IMG/VR virus record: IMGVR_UViG_2648501629_000001
Coordinates: 37,474 to 101,473 of that record
Length of the DNA: 64,000 nucleotides
Origin: a virus
Direction: 5' to 3' (one strand)
Shown one piece after another: positions 30,264 through 40,342 of the stretch (its first letter is position 1; the number at the start of each line of letters is the position of its first letter). Position numbers and translations under genes: made by a program. Below the pieces are notes generated by a model. The model was not told where the DNA came from. It ran no database searches and saw only the letters and a list, made by a program, of their open reading frames with translations.

Positions 30264-32354
30264 TTGGCAAAATGGATTGAGCTTAACAACGAAGTAAAGA
30301 TACAAGATGAAAATGGTCAATATCAATATAGCAAGGATAGAGAGGCTGTTTACTCATACTTTGTTGACCACGTAAACAAGAAGATGCAATACTTCCATGA
30401 TTTTGATGAGAAGTTAAAGTATCTATTAAAACATGATTACTGGGATAGCAGTGTCATTAAGAAGTATAAAGATAGTGAAATTAAAGAGCTTCATAAGATT
30501 GTATATGGTCATAAATTCCGATTCAAATCATTTATGAGCGCATTCAAATTCTATAACAACTATGCTCTTAAAACAAATGATGGAGCAAATTACCTAGAAC
30601 GATATGAAGATAGAGTTATGGCAAATGCATTATTCTTAGGTGATGGCGACTTTGAGCTTGCTAAAGCCATTGCGAAACAGCTAATCAAGCAAAACTATCA
30701 ACCTGCAACACCAACATTCTTAAATGCTATGAGAAGCAGAGCAGGGCGCTTAGTATCTTGTTTCCTATTACAAATGCCCGACAGCACAGAAGGTATCTTC
30801 TATATCAATGAAGCAGTTGCACAATTATCTCGTTTTGGTGGCGGTGTAGCAGTTAACTTATCTGTATTACGTGGCGCTGATGAGCCAATTAAAGGTATGG
30901 AAGGCGCATCTACATCAGTAGTAGGTATTGCTAAGATTCTAGAAGATATCGCTCGTAAATTCAATCAGCTTGGACAACGTGAAGGTGCTGTTGCAGTATA
31001 TATCAACGCATTCCACTCAGATTCAAAAGCAATGTTGTCAACGAAGAAGATTAATGCAGATGAGAATGAGCGATTAAAGACTTTATCATTAGGATTAATC
31101 ATCCCTAGTAAGCTTTATGAATTAGCTGAGAAAGATGAACAATGGTTCTCATTCTATCCAAACTCAGTATTTAAAGCATATGGTGTTCACTTAGATGATA
31201 TGCACATGGATGAAATGTACGATGAGTTATTAAACAATCCTGCTGTTCGCAAGAAATCAATGGGTTCTGCTCGTGCATTCTTCGAAGAAATTGGTAAAAC
31301 ACAATTAGAGAGTGGTTATCCTTATATCTTGAATCGTGACGTAGCAAACAAGGTTCATATGTTAAAAGATATTGGCGATATTAAAATGTCTAATCTTTGC
31401 GTAGAAATCTTGCAATTGCAGACTCATAGTCATGTAGAGTCACATAAAGGAACAGATGAATTTGGATACGATATCTCTTGTAATCTAGGCTCTTTAAACA
31501 TTGCGAATGTAATGGAGAATAAAGAGGTTAAAGATGCAGTTAAGATTGCTATTGACGCTCTTACAACAGTTACTCGCAAGACATCTATTGATGAAGTCCC
31601 ATCTGTTAAGAAGGCAAACGATTCATTCCGAAGCGTTGGATTAGGTGTTATGAACCTTCATGGATACCTTGCTAAGAACTTCATTTCATATGAGAGTCGA
31701 GAAGCAAAAGACTTCGCTAACGTATTCTTTGCAATGATGCGATTCTACGCATTAGAGCGCTCTATGGAACTAGCGAAAGAGTACAGTCCATTTGACCACT
31801 TTGAGAAATCAGAGTACGCTAAAGGAACTGCGTTAACTCGTTATATCGAGAAGTCTCACGCTCCTAAGACAGATAAGGTTGCTAAGTTATTCGAAGGCAT
31901 CTACATCCCAACTCAAGAAGACTGGGAGCGCTTAAACGAGCAAATCATGGAGCATGGTATCTATTCAGCTTACTTGCTTGCGATTGCACCAACTGGCTCA
32001 ATTTCATATGTTCAGAATGCTACGCCATCAGTAATGCCTATCACAGAGAAAATTGAGACTCGTAAGTATGGCGATTCTACAACGCATTACCCAATGCCAT
32101 TCTTAGATGCTAGAACATGGTGGTTCTACAAAGAAGCATACCAAATGGATATGATGAAATTAATTGACCTTATGGCTGTTATTCAGTTACACGTTGACCA
32201 GTCAATCTCGACAACACTATTCGTTGATGACGAAACGACAGACGGTCAATTAGCACGACACTACATCTATGCCCATAAGAAAGGTCTTAAAACGCTTTAC
32301 TACACAAGAACAAAGGTATCTTCTCAAGAAGATTGCTTATCTTGTACAGTTTAA
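30264..32354 (+). CDS. nrdE: class Ib ribonucleotide reductase alpha subunit, uninterrupted
   Basis: PATPTFLN, LVSCF, MSNLCVE, CNLGS, IAPTGSISY and C-terminal TLYYTRT...CLSC. Confidence 0.96.
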   Translation: MAKWIELNNEVKIQDENGQYQYSKDREAVYSYFVDHVNKKMQYFHDFDEKLKYLLKHDYWDSSVIKKYKDSEIKELHKIVYGHKFRFKSFMSAFKFYNNYALKTNDGANYLERYEDRVMANALFLGDGDFELAKAIAKQLIKQNYQPATPTFLNAMRSRAGRLVSCFLLQMPDSTEGIFYINEAVAQLSRFGGGVAVNLSVLRGADEPIKGMEGASTSVVGIAKILEDIARKFNQLGQREGAVAVYINAFHSDSKAMLSTKKINADENERLKTLSLGLIIPSKLYELAEKDEQWFSFYPNSVFKAYGVHLDDMHMDEMYDELLNNPAVRKKSMGSARAFFEEIGKTQLESGYPYILNRDVANKVHMLKDIGDIKMSNLCVEILQLQTHSHVESHKGTDEFGYDISCNLGSLNIANVMENKEVKDAVKIAIDALTTVTRKTSIDEVPSVKKANDSFRSVGLGVMNLHGYLAKNFISYESREAKDFANVFFAMMRFYALERSMELAKEYSPFDHFEKSEYAKGTALTRYIEKSHAPKTDKVAKLFEGIYIPTQEDWERLNEQIMEHGIYSAYLLAIAPTGSISYVQNATPSVMPITEKIETRKYGDSTTHYPMPFLDARTWWFYKEAYQMDMMKLIDLMAVIQLHVDQSISTTLFVDDETTDGQLARHYIYAHKKGLKTLYYTRTKVSSQEDCLSCTV

Positions 32355-32366
32355 TTTAAAATATAT

Positions 32367-32407
32367 TAAACAAAATTATTGAAATCAAAACCCGATTATG
32401 TTACAAT
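32367..32407 (+). promoter_or_regulatory. motif-linked promoter
   Basis: TAAACAAAATTATTGAAA, 17 bp, TACAAT with TG extension. Confidence 0.7.
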
Positions 32408-32470
32408 TAATAGGAAGTTGAGAATGTTCTCTCCTTCCTATTAAACAAAATTATTGAAACAGGAGGCGAA

Positions 32471-33004
32471 TTGAATTTGCTGAATAAGAAAAATCAACAT
32501 TACGATGTATTAGGTCGTTTTCGAGTAAACACAGGTAGAGGCGAAGTGGAATTCTGTAGAGTAAAGTTTATGGCTACGAAGCATGAAGATGTTATTCCTG
32601 CAACAAAGGTTGAATCAGGGGATTTTGAAGATGTTTCAATCGCAGTGAGACCAACTCCAGTAAAACCAATCTTAGTTGCAAAAACAACAGAAGAAGATAA
32701 GGCTAAAATTATAGAAGCTTTTGAGAAGACTAAGGAACAGCCTGTAACTATAATTGAGCCTAATTCTAAGATAGTCTCTCTGAAAACAGGAGATGTGTTA
32801 ACTGAACAAGGGTTAACTGTACCAATTATTCCTAAAGGAATCAAAATCATTGCTACAAATCCAAAAGGGAAAGAGTTTGTAGTAGACAGTCTCTTAGAAT
32901 TAAATGAGTTTTGTTCTAAGAATAATCTAGATGTCGAAGGTGTTCAAGCTGTTATCGATGGCGCACAAAAGACACATAAAAAGTGGAGGTTCGCTAAAGC
33001 ATGA
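32471..33004 (+). CDS. homing-endonuclease-derived DNA-binding protein between nrdE and nrdF
   Basis: The N-terminal VKFMAT...KVESGDFED and C-terminal NUMOD1-like SLLELNEFC...THKKWRF segments resemble accessory domains of phage HNH endonucleases; no catalytic motif visible. Confidence 0.45.
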   Translation: MNLLNKKNQHYDVLGRFRVNTGRGEVEFCRVKFMATKHEDVIPATKVESGDFEDVSIAVRPTPVKPILVAKTTEEDKAKIIEAFEKTKEQPVTIIEPNSKIVSLKTGDVLTEQGLTVPIIPKGIKIIATNPKGKEFVVDSLLELNEFCSKNNLDVEGVQAVIDGAQKTHKKWRFAKA

Positions 33005-34044
33005 CAACAGATTTAAGAAAATTATCACCTGAGAAACGTAATGAACAGCTAAGTGAAAGCATAAACAAACGAATTCACAGAGCAGTAAACTGGAACAGAA
33101 AAACAGATGCTTTCACACTTACATTTTGGGAACAAAATATCAAGCAGATGTGGACTGATACAGAGTATGTTCCTTCAAAGGACAAACAAGTATGGGGTCG
33201 CTTAGAGCCTATCGTACAAGAAACATATAAAAAGGTATTGGGTGGTTTAACTCTACTTGATACGAAGCAGGGTAACTTAGGAATGCCTAGCATCTTAGCG
33301 CATGTTGATGATTTGCAACGTAAAGCTGTTTTATCATTTATGGCAATGATGGAGAATATCCACGCAAAATCATACTCAACAATCTTTACTACATTAATTA
33401 GTAATAGTGAAATCGATGAAGTATTTGACTGGGTAGAAGAGAATCAGTATCTACAATTCAAAGCTGATTTAATCTCTTATTACTATGAAAATATCACTGA
33501 CAAAAAGAGCTTATATCTTGCTATGGTAGCCAGTGTATTCTTAGAAAGCTTCTTATTCTACAGTGGATTCTTCTTACCATTATATTTGAGTGGTCAAGGT
33601 AAGATGGTAGCTAGTGGTGAGATTATCACGAAAATCATTCAAGATGAAAGTATTCACGGCGTATATGTTGGATTGCTTGCACAGGAACTATACACTGAAC
33701 TAAGCGAAGAGGAGCAGAAGGAAGTAGATTATGAAACAATCAAGCTTCTTGAAGAGTTAATGGAGAATGAGTTCCATTACACAGAAGAGCTATATACTGC
33801 TCTAGCATTAGACCATGAAGTTAAGAACTTCTTAATCTACAATGCAAACAAAGCAATGATGAACTTAGGAAAAGCTCCTCATTACGAAGATAAGAAGATT
33901 AACCCTATTGTCCTAAATGGCTTAAGCACTGACTCTAAAACACATGATTTCTTCTCTACAAAAGGCTCAGGATACATCATTGCAAAACATCAGCCTTTAA
34001 CAGATGAAGACTTCAACTTCCCAATCGACAATGAGTTCGATTAA
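33001..34044 (+). CDS. nrdF: class Ib ribonucleotide reductase beta subunit, uninterrupted
   Basis: AVNWN, LTLLDT, MENIHAKSYS, LESFLFYSGF, DESIHG, HDFFS. Confidence 0.96.
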   Translation: MTTDLRKLSPEKRNEQLSESINKRIHRAVNWNRKTDAFTLTFWEQNIKQMWTDTEYVPSKDKQVWGRLEPIVQETYKKVLGGLTLLDTKQGNLGMPSILAHVDDLQRKAVLSFMAMMENIHAKSYSTIFTTLISNSEIDEVFDWVEENQYLQFKADLISYYYENITDKKSLYLAMVASVFLESFLFYSGFFLPLYLSGQGKMVASGEIITKIIQDESIHGVYVGLLAQELYTELSEEEQKEVDYETIKLLEELMENEFHYTEELYTALALDHEVKNFLIYNANKAMMNLGKAPHYEDKKINPIVLNGLSTDSKTHDFFSTKGSGYIIAKHQPLTDEDFNFPIDNEFD

Positions 34045-34069
34045 ACAAAAGTATTAACAATTACAAGGT

Positions 34070-34438
34070 GTGATGAGAGTGAAAAAGCGCATTATGATAT
34101 TAGCATTATCCATCGCAGTCTTAGCAGGCTGTGAGGATATTCGCTATGAACAAACAACTGGCGATGCAAAGGTTGTTGAGAAATGGGAACACACAGAAAC
34201 GATTGTTGGTGGTTGCTATGTTCTAATGGCAGGGGATGTCCCTGTAACATATTGTGACCCTGATACAGAAGAGACTCATTACAACGTGAAAATTGAATTC
34301 GAGGGCATTAATGCAACGCTCGATAATAAAGCTTTATATGATTCAAACGCAACATCTATCCCAGTAGCACATGTCAAAGAGTTTGGCAAAGAGACTGGAG
34401 AATTCAAAAGAGAATACTTAAAACGAATAGGGGATTAA
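34070..34438 (+). CDS. lipoprotein
   Basis: Signal peptide with lipobox VLAG-C. Confidence 0.7.
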   Translation: MMRVKKRIMILALSIAVLAGCEDIRYEQTTGDAKVVEKWEHTETIVGGCYVLMAGDVPVTYCDPDTEETHYNVKIEFEGINATLDNKALYDSNATSIPVAHVKEFGKETGEFKREYLKRIGD

Positions 34439-34444
34439 ACAACA

Positions 34445-34744
34445 ATGAAATTAATTAAATTCAAACAAGAAAACTGTACACCATGCAAAATGTTAGACAC
34501 GTTCTTAAAGAACGAAGTAGAAGTTGAAGCAGATTTAGTTGCTAATATTACAACTGGTCAATTAACAGATACAAAGACAGGCGAAGTGAAAGCTGATGAG
34601 GCATTTATGTTAGCAGGACAATTTGGAATCATGAAGACTCCTACACTTGTATTAGTGGATGATAACTTCAATGAGATTCAAAGCTTCCGTGGCGTTGGTC
34701 AAACTGGCGTTCGTGAAATTCTAACTAAGCGTGGCTTAATCTAA
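34445..34744 (+). CDS. thioredoxin/NrdH-like redoxin
   Basis: CTPC active site and KTPTLV; follows nrdF. Confidence 0.85.
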   Translation: MKLIKFKQENCTPCKMLDTFLKNEVEVEADLVANITTGQLTDTKTGEVKADEAFMLAGQFGIMKTPTLVLVDDNFNEIQSFRGVGQTGVREILTKRGLI

Positions 34745-34797
34745 CAAGCAGGGGAGAGAGATTCTCCCCTTTACATATTCAAAGGGAGGTTATTTCA

Positions 34798-35163
34798 TTG
34801 ACAAAACCATTCGTTGGTCAAAAGGTTTATCTAGAGCCATGTAATAATCAGGCTAGACGCAGTAGCGATATAAAAGAGCTTGAAATTAAGAAAGTTGGTA
34901 GAAAGTATTTATATGTAGGAGATATAGGAGAACAGGAAGAGTATTTATGGCTAAAATTCAACAGAGATAATCTACGACAAGTTTCAAGTTACTCTCCTAA
35001 TTGGCATCTGCACTTTTCAAAGCAAGGCATACTTGATAAGCAGGAGTATACTAGCATTATATCAGAACTATCAGAATTATTCCGTTATGCGAACTTCTAT
35101 AGCCATAGAACTCAAGTGTCTCTTGAGCAATTGAGAAAGATTAAAGACGTTCTAAACTCATGA
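34798..35163 (+). CDS. hypothetical protein
   Basis: 121-aa ORF with RBS GGGAGG. Confidence 0.65.
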   Translation: MTKPFVGQKVYLEPCNNQARRSSDIKELEIKKVGRKYLYVGDIGEQEEYLWLKFNRDNLRQVSSYSPNWHLHFSKQGILDKQEYTSIISELSELFRYANFYSHRTQVSLEQLRKIKDVLNS

Positions 35164-35171
35164 TATTTATT

Positions 35172-35212
35172 TAAACAAAAGTATTGAAATAACACTAAAG
35201 TTCATGTATAAT
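35172..35212 (+). promoter_or_regulatory. motif-linked promoter
   Basis: TAAACAAAAGTATTGAAA, 17 bp, TATAAT (35207-35212). Confidence 0.8.
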
Positions 35213-35245
35213 CAAATTATAAGTTAAACAACAGGAGGAAATGAA

Positions 35246-36265
35246 ATGTTAAACGAATCTAGTAAGGTAAAGTTATTCACACACAATGATATGGATGGTG
35301 AGGCATGCGAGATTTTAGGTCGATTGGCATTTGATAATATTGATGTAACAGTTGTTCGCAATCCTCAGGATGCAAGTAAGAAGGTTTCTGAGTTCGTCAA
35401 TAGTGGAGCGTTCACAAACTACGACAAGATTTTTATCACTGACATCTCTGTAGATGAGGCGACAGCAGAGTTAATCAACAACTTAGAATGGGAATTGCAT
35501 CGTTTCTCATTACTAGACCATCATGGTACTGCAGAGTTCTTAAACAAGTATAACTGGGCAGAAGTAAGCGTAGTAGGCGCTCTAGGAAAGAACTCAGGAA
35601 CAAATATGTTTTATGAATTTCTTTCAATGCATGGATTCTTCCAACGTGAAACCTATCGAGATGCTCTTACTGTATTCGTTGAAAAGGTTCGCAGATATGA
35701 TTCATGGGAGTGGAAAGAGATTTACAATGACCTTGAAGCATCTTCATTGAATCAACTATTTTGGTTACTAGGTCAAAGCAAATTCGTAAATACATTCGTC
35801 AAGCGATTCAAAAACTCAACTATCTTTACTATTCGTGAAGGCTCTTGGAGACAAATGTTCAGCGATGGAGATAAGGTTGTTATTCAGATTGATAACGATA
35901 AGAAAGAGTCATATATTGACCGAAAAGAGAAGCAGATGATGGTTAAGAATCTCCTTGGCAACAAGATTGGCGTTGTATTCGCAGAGCAATACATCAGCGA
36001 GTTAGGCAACGTATTATCAGAGCGTCATCAAGACCTCAAATACATTGTAATGATTGATATGGGTAATAAACGTGTATCTTATCGTACAACTCATAATGAT
36101 ATCGACCTTGGCAAAGAAGTTGCTAAAGTGTACGGTGGCGGTGGTCACGCTAAGGCAAGTGGTTCATCATTTGGAGAACGAGTATTAGACCTTTCGTTTA
36201 ATATAATCTTCGGCTTAGGATTCATCGGCAAGTTAACAAAAATTATTGACAAGATTAAAAAATAA
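35246..36265 (+). CDS. DHH/DHHA1 phosphoesterase (NrnB-like oligoribonuclease)
   Basis: FTHNDMDG, FITDIS, LLDHHGT, YDSWEW, GGGGHAKASG. Confidence 0.9.
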   Translation: MLNESSKVKLFTHNDMDGEACEILGRLAFDNIDVTVVRNPQDASKKVSEFVNSGAFTNYDKIFITDISVDEATAELINNLEWELHRFSLLDHHGTAEFLNKYNWAEVSVVGALGKNSGTNMFYEFLSMHGFFQRETYRDALTVFVEKVRRYDSWEWKEIYNDLEASSLNQLFWLLGQSKFVNTFVKRFKNSTIFTIREGSWRQMFSDGDKVVIQIDNDKKESYIDRKEKQMMVKNLLGNKIGVVFAEQYISELGNVLSERHQDLKYIVMIDMGNKRVSYRTTHNDIDLGKEVAKVYGGGGHAKASGSSFGERVLDLSFNIIFGLGFIGKLTKIIDKIKK

Positions 36266-36374
36266 TGATAGAATGTAATGGAGGGCAGGAAGGCTTTTCT
36301 TTCTTCCTCCATTGAACAAAAGTATTGAAACAATGGTAGGAGGTGCATAAGACAAATAGAAGAGGAGAATTAAG

Positions 36375-38234
36375 ATGGTAAAAGACTGGACAACATTAGA
36401 ATTAGTAGAGTTTCTAAACTCGTACAATAGAGTATTTAAGACAAATAAACAAGAGGCGTTAAAGCATCAGTATTTATACGTTGAGGCATTTGCAGAGTTA
36501 TCAATGAGAACGCCCTTAATGTCGCTTTTATACTAGGAGGATTCCATGATTAAGGTGTTAAAGGTTAGATGTTTACGTGACGTTGAGGCTCAGAAGAATG
36601 GGACGTTCACGTCCAACAATACTTACTGGGGAAGATTTTCAAGAGATGGTAGCACAATGTTGTTAAGCAATGAGAATCAATGGGTTAATGCTCTTGATGT
36701 AAGAATGACAACAGGGATACCAATTATCGTCCACTTCTCAGTAATAGAAACCAAATATTTAAAGAATAAGAAGGAGCTAAAGGCTCTAACAGGAGGATTA
36801 TCATGAAGGTAAGTATAGATAAGGCGAGACCTAAAGATATGGTTATGAAAGGCGATATCTTAGTCTTTCAATCTAGATGTGGTAGAACAATGTATTATCT
36901 TGTTATTGAGGATATGCCTCGTAGCAAATATCTTCTATTAAACTTAGAAGGTAATAATCTCATGTCTTCGGTTGAAACAAGCAACGTATCTCATATTCTT
37001 AAAAAGGCTAAAGAGAAGTTTCGTAAACTTGATTTCGTTAAAGTTATTCCTGCGGAGACATTTGAATTAAAGTCAATATAGCAAGGAGGATTGCGATGTC
37101 AAATAAACAAGTAATCTTGTATTTCTTAGAGTTAAGTTGGTATCAAACACTGCTTTATGGGTTTCTAGTAACCTTAGATGGGATTAAACAAGGAGAGTTT
37201 GATTTATTTCAACCAGTAGGAATCCTATTTCTTTTACTAGCTACATTGATTGAGACAATGCTCGTAATGAAATTAGAAGAGAAGAAGAGTAAACGTAAAA
37301 ACTAGGAGGTATTTTCATGGATAACATTAAAACTGATAAATTAATTGCTAAACACGTTATGGAGTTACATGATTTTAGCACAGAGGATTTTTCTCCATCT
37401 ACTAATATGAACCACACTCTGTTAGTTATGAAACGATTAAAGATGCTTGGATTTAGTGTTCTACTTCGAGACTGTGCGAATGAGGATTGTGGGTTGGTAA
37501 GAAATGAAGAAGCTACTCGTGATGATTATTACTGTAACGTTAGCATTGGCAGTGTATATAATGAGAAGCTTTGGTATAAAAGCATTGCAAAAACACCTCA
37601 GATGGCTGTCTGCCTATCTGCATTAAAAGCGATTGGAGTTATTAATAATGACTGAAAGAGTTGTAGTTGTTGTGTTCGTAGAAAATAGTAAGCAAATGGA
37701 AAGTTATTTTAAACTATTCAGACTTATGATGAAAGATAAGATACAAAAAGCACATCTAAGTAAAAACACATCGTTTATTGAAAGTGATAAATTCCACATC
37801 GGGTTTCATATATTAGGGATTCATTCTCGTGGGATGAGAGCGCATTACGTTATTAATATGGTTCAAAACAAGGATATGCATCATCAAATTGCGTTACCAC
37901 TAACTCATGTTCATAGTTTTCTAAAAAACGACCCCGAGTGGGCAGAGTTATTCTAGTTAATAAAATCCATATTTTAATAATTATTAGGAGGAATATCGTG
38001 AAGTCACGTATCGAAGAATTGAGAGCGAATGGAATAGCTAGGAGGTTAAATGAAACTGCTAAAAAACTAAATGTCGAATTTAGAGTTAAATACAATCTCT
38101 TTGATGATGAAGCCCTTGTCAGAATCAAAATGTGTGATAACGCATCTGAATTCGCAAACTATGCAAGCAATAAGATACTCGATAATGAACTTGCTAGAGG
38201 CGTTAGATTCACATATCCAAAACATCGATTATAA
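36375..38234 (+). CDS. run of small hypothetical genes (about 36375-36536, 36546-36806, 36803-37081, 37096-37305, 37317-37655 ABA-sandwich-like, about 37648-37956, 37998-38234)
   Basis: ORF track, RBSs; FSPSTNMNHTLLVMKRL in 37317-37655 resembles the phage ABA-sandwich domain. Confidence 0.6.
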
Positions 38235-38253
38235 TTTTAGGAGGAAGACAATT

Positions 38254-38739
38254 ATGACTAAATATCAAAAATATGACAGAATCAAATTTACAAAGGATAC
38301 AAGTGTTCCATTAAGCCCATTTCATTCAATGATTATTCGTAAAGGTAAGGAATTTGAAGTTCTTGATACAACATCGGACGATTACAAAATCATGAACACT
38401 AACGATAGTTCTACTATGGTTCTACCTCATTCTATCATTGAAGAATCAACTATCTCAATTCGACCTGCAGTAGTAAGTACAAAGCGATACTCAAAGGTTA
38501 TTCTAAGTGGACTAACTTATGGCAGAGCTGTAGATATGGCAATTCATGAAGGTAAAAAAGTTACTCGTGCAATTTGGGATGGATACTGGTGTAATCAAGA
38601 TATTATGGGACTACAAAGCGAGAGTCTTCCTATGTGGCAAGGCGAATTCCTAGTGGCAGTATTAAAGAGTGGTGGATATGCAATTGCAACTCCATACCAA
38701 GAAGATATGCATGCTACTGATTGGATGGTAGTTGAGTAA
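38254..38739 (+). CDS. two-domain protein with a C-terminal DUF2829/Tad2-like domain
   Basis: YGRAVDMAIHEGKKVTRAIWDG...TPYQEDMHATDWMVVE; ATG 38254 after AGGAGG. Confidence 0.68.
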   Translation: MTKYQKYDRIKFTKDTSVPLSPFHSMIIRKGKEFEVLDTTSDDYKIMNTNDSSTMVLPHSIIEESTISIRPAVVSTKRYSKVILSGLTYGRAVDMAIHEGKKVTRAIWDGYWCNQDIMGLQSESLPMWQGEFLVAVLKSGGYAIATPYQEDMHATDWMVVE

Positions 38740-38988
38740 TGACTCCATACGAACTAGAGCCATGGCGAAGATTCCAACTTGGAGAGATTGACTTTAGAGA
38801 ATGCGTTGATGAAATTGCAAAGAGAATGGAAGAGAACATTGAATCCTAGGCAAGTCATTGAAACTTTACTAGAATTCGACCCCAAGCATATACCTTTATA
38901 CATTGAGATATGCGTACCAACAATCATCTTATTAGTAATTTTAAACTTGTTTAATTAAACAAAATTATTGAAATCGGAGGAATGAAAA

Positions 38989-39360
38989 GTGGAATACAAC
39001 GAAAAGAAACGTCAGGAACGCAAGCGTGACCAAATATTAAGAGTGTTAAAAGAGAAGGGTTCTGCAGGCGTAACAAATGCAGAGCTATCAGCGACTGTCT
39101 CACTTCGTTATGGAGCGCATCTAGGCAGTCTGTATCAATTAGGATACAAGATTAACAAAGAGTCACTTGGAGAAGGCTTATTCCGCTACACATTAGCAGG
39201 TGAGCCATCAGAAGACTTTACTGGCAAGCAGAAGGCTATGGATGCTTTAAAGTCAGAATTAACTAAGCAGGGCAATTCCTTTATCATTCCTCAATTAGAA
39301 GAGATAATGAACACCATTGGTATCGCAGTTCGATACAAGGGTGGCACTCACAACGCATAG
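38989..39360 (+). CDS. winged-HTH DNA-binding protein
   Basis: ILRVLKEKGSAGVTNAELS...LRYGAHLGSLYQLGYKI. Confidence 0.6.
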   Translation: MEYNEKKRQERKRDQILRVLKEKGSAGVTNAELSATVSLRYGAHLGSLYQLGYKINKESLGEGLFRYTLAGEPSEDFTGKQKAMDALKSELTKQGNSFIIPQLEEIMNTIGIAVRYKGGTHNA

Positions 39361-39370
39361 GAGGCTTTAC

Positions 39371-40332
39371 ATGGACATTGTAATCAAAGAACTACTACAC
39401 AGGTTGCGACAAGCAGAACAAACGCTTGAGCATTACAGAAGGAAATCAGACCCTTCTCTGCGACAATACTTCCCTGTATTAGAAGAAGAGATTGTCCAAT
39501 ATAGTAAAGCCATCAAAATCATTCAAGAATCAGAGGTGAAATGAAGTTGAAACTAGAGGATTTAAATGAATGCTATAATGTAGCATCATTAGTAGACGCA
39601 AATTATGTAGCCGTTCGTGTTCGAATTGGCGCAGAATCAAATGGTGAAGAAGAGGTAATTATCAATTCACGAAAGAACTTTGCAAGTAAGAAAGCTTATT
39701 ATAATCGTACTTACGATGAGAACTTACAGCACAAAATATCAATCGTTCCAATCTGTATTACAGGGTTCGCTCATGGCGACTCATACGCAGAAATAGAAGA
39801 CAAGCTAGGGCTAAAACCCTTTTCATTAGAACGTCAGATTAAACAAAATTATTAAAATGGAGGTATCGTAATGGATACAAATACACAAGATAAAAATCAA
39901 GAAGTACCAGTAGTAGCAGAACAAGAAGCAGTAGTAGAGGAAGTAAAACCATTAAGCATTCGAGTTATATTACTTGAAGGAAGCCCACTTGAATTCATGG
40001 TTAACAATATGGTTCAAGGACAGTTCCGAGAGTGGATTACACAGAATGTGGCTAATCAAGTTAATAACGATGGAATCTTCCTTGGAAACACATATATCCC
40101 TAACTCAAAAATCAAATACTTTGAAGAAGCTTAAGGGGTGATTTAAGTGATAAAAGTTGAGATGGAGAAAGAGGATTTATTCGCTATCATCGGTGTTTTA
40201 ATCAAGGTTAAGGCATCTTATGGGGTTACTAATGAAAGATTCGAATGGTTATTGCAAAACCTATTAGCACAGGCTAGTGAATCTGTAACCGTAGAAGAAA
40301 TGCAACAAATGTTGAAGGACTTAAACAAGTAA
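39371..40332 (+). CDS. four small hypothetical genes (39371-39544, 39541-39855, 39871-40134, 40147-40332)
   Basis: ORF track, RBSs. Confidence 0.6.
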
Positions 40333-40342
40333 TTTAGAAAGG

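Larger units (their letters stand above)
7533..37976. repeat. dispersed palindrome ATAAAAT-N4-ATTTTAT
   Basis: 7533-7550 perfect; near-perfect at about 13491, 25379 and 37960; degenerate at about 10587 and 13741. Confidence 0.65.

Noticed and set aside
30264-34044. Intein or group I intron in nrdE/nrdF, dnaB, dnaE or recD2
   Set aside because: ORFs are continuous and of normal length, with no intein terminal motifs; the dnaE insertion lacks splicing residues
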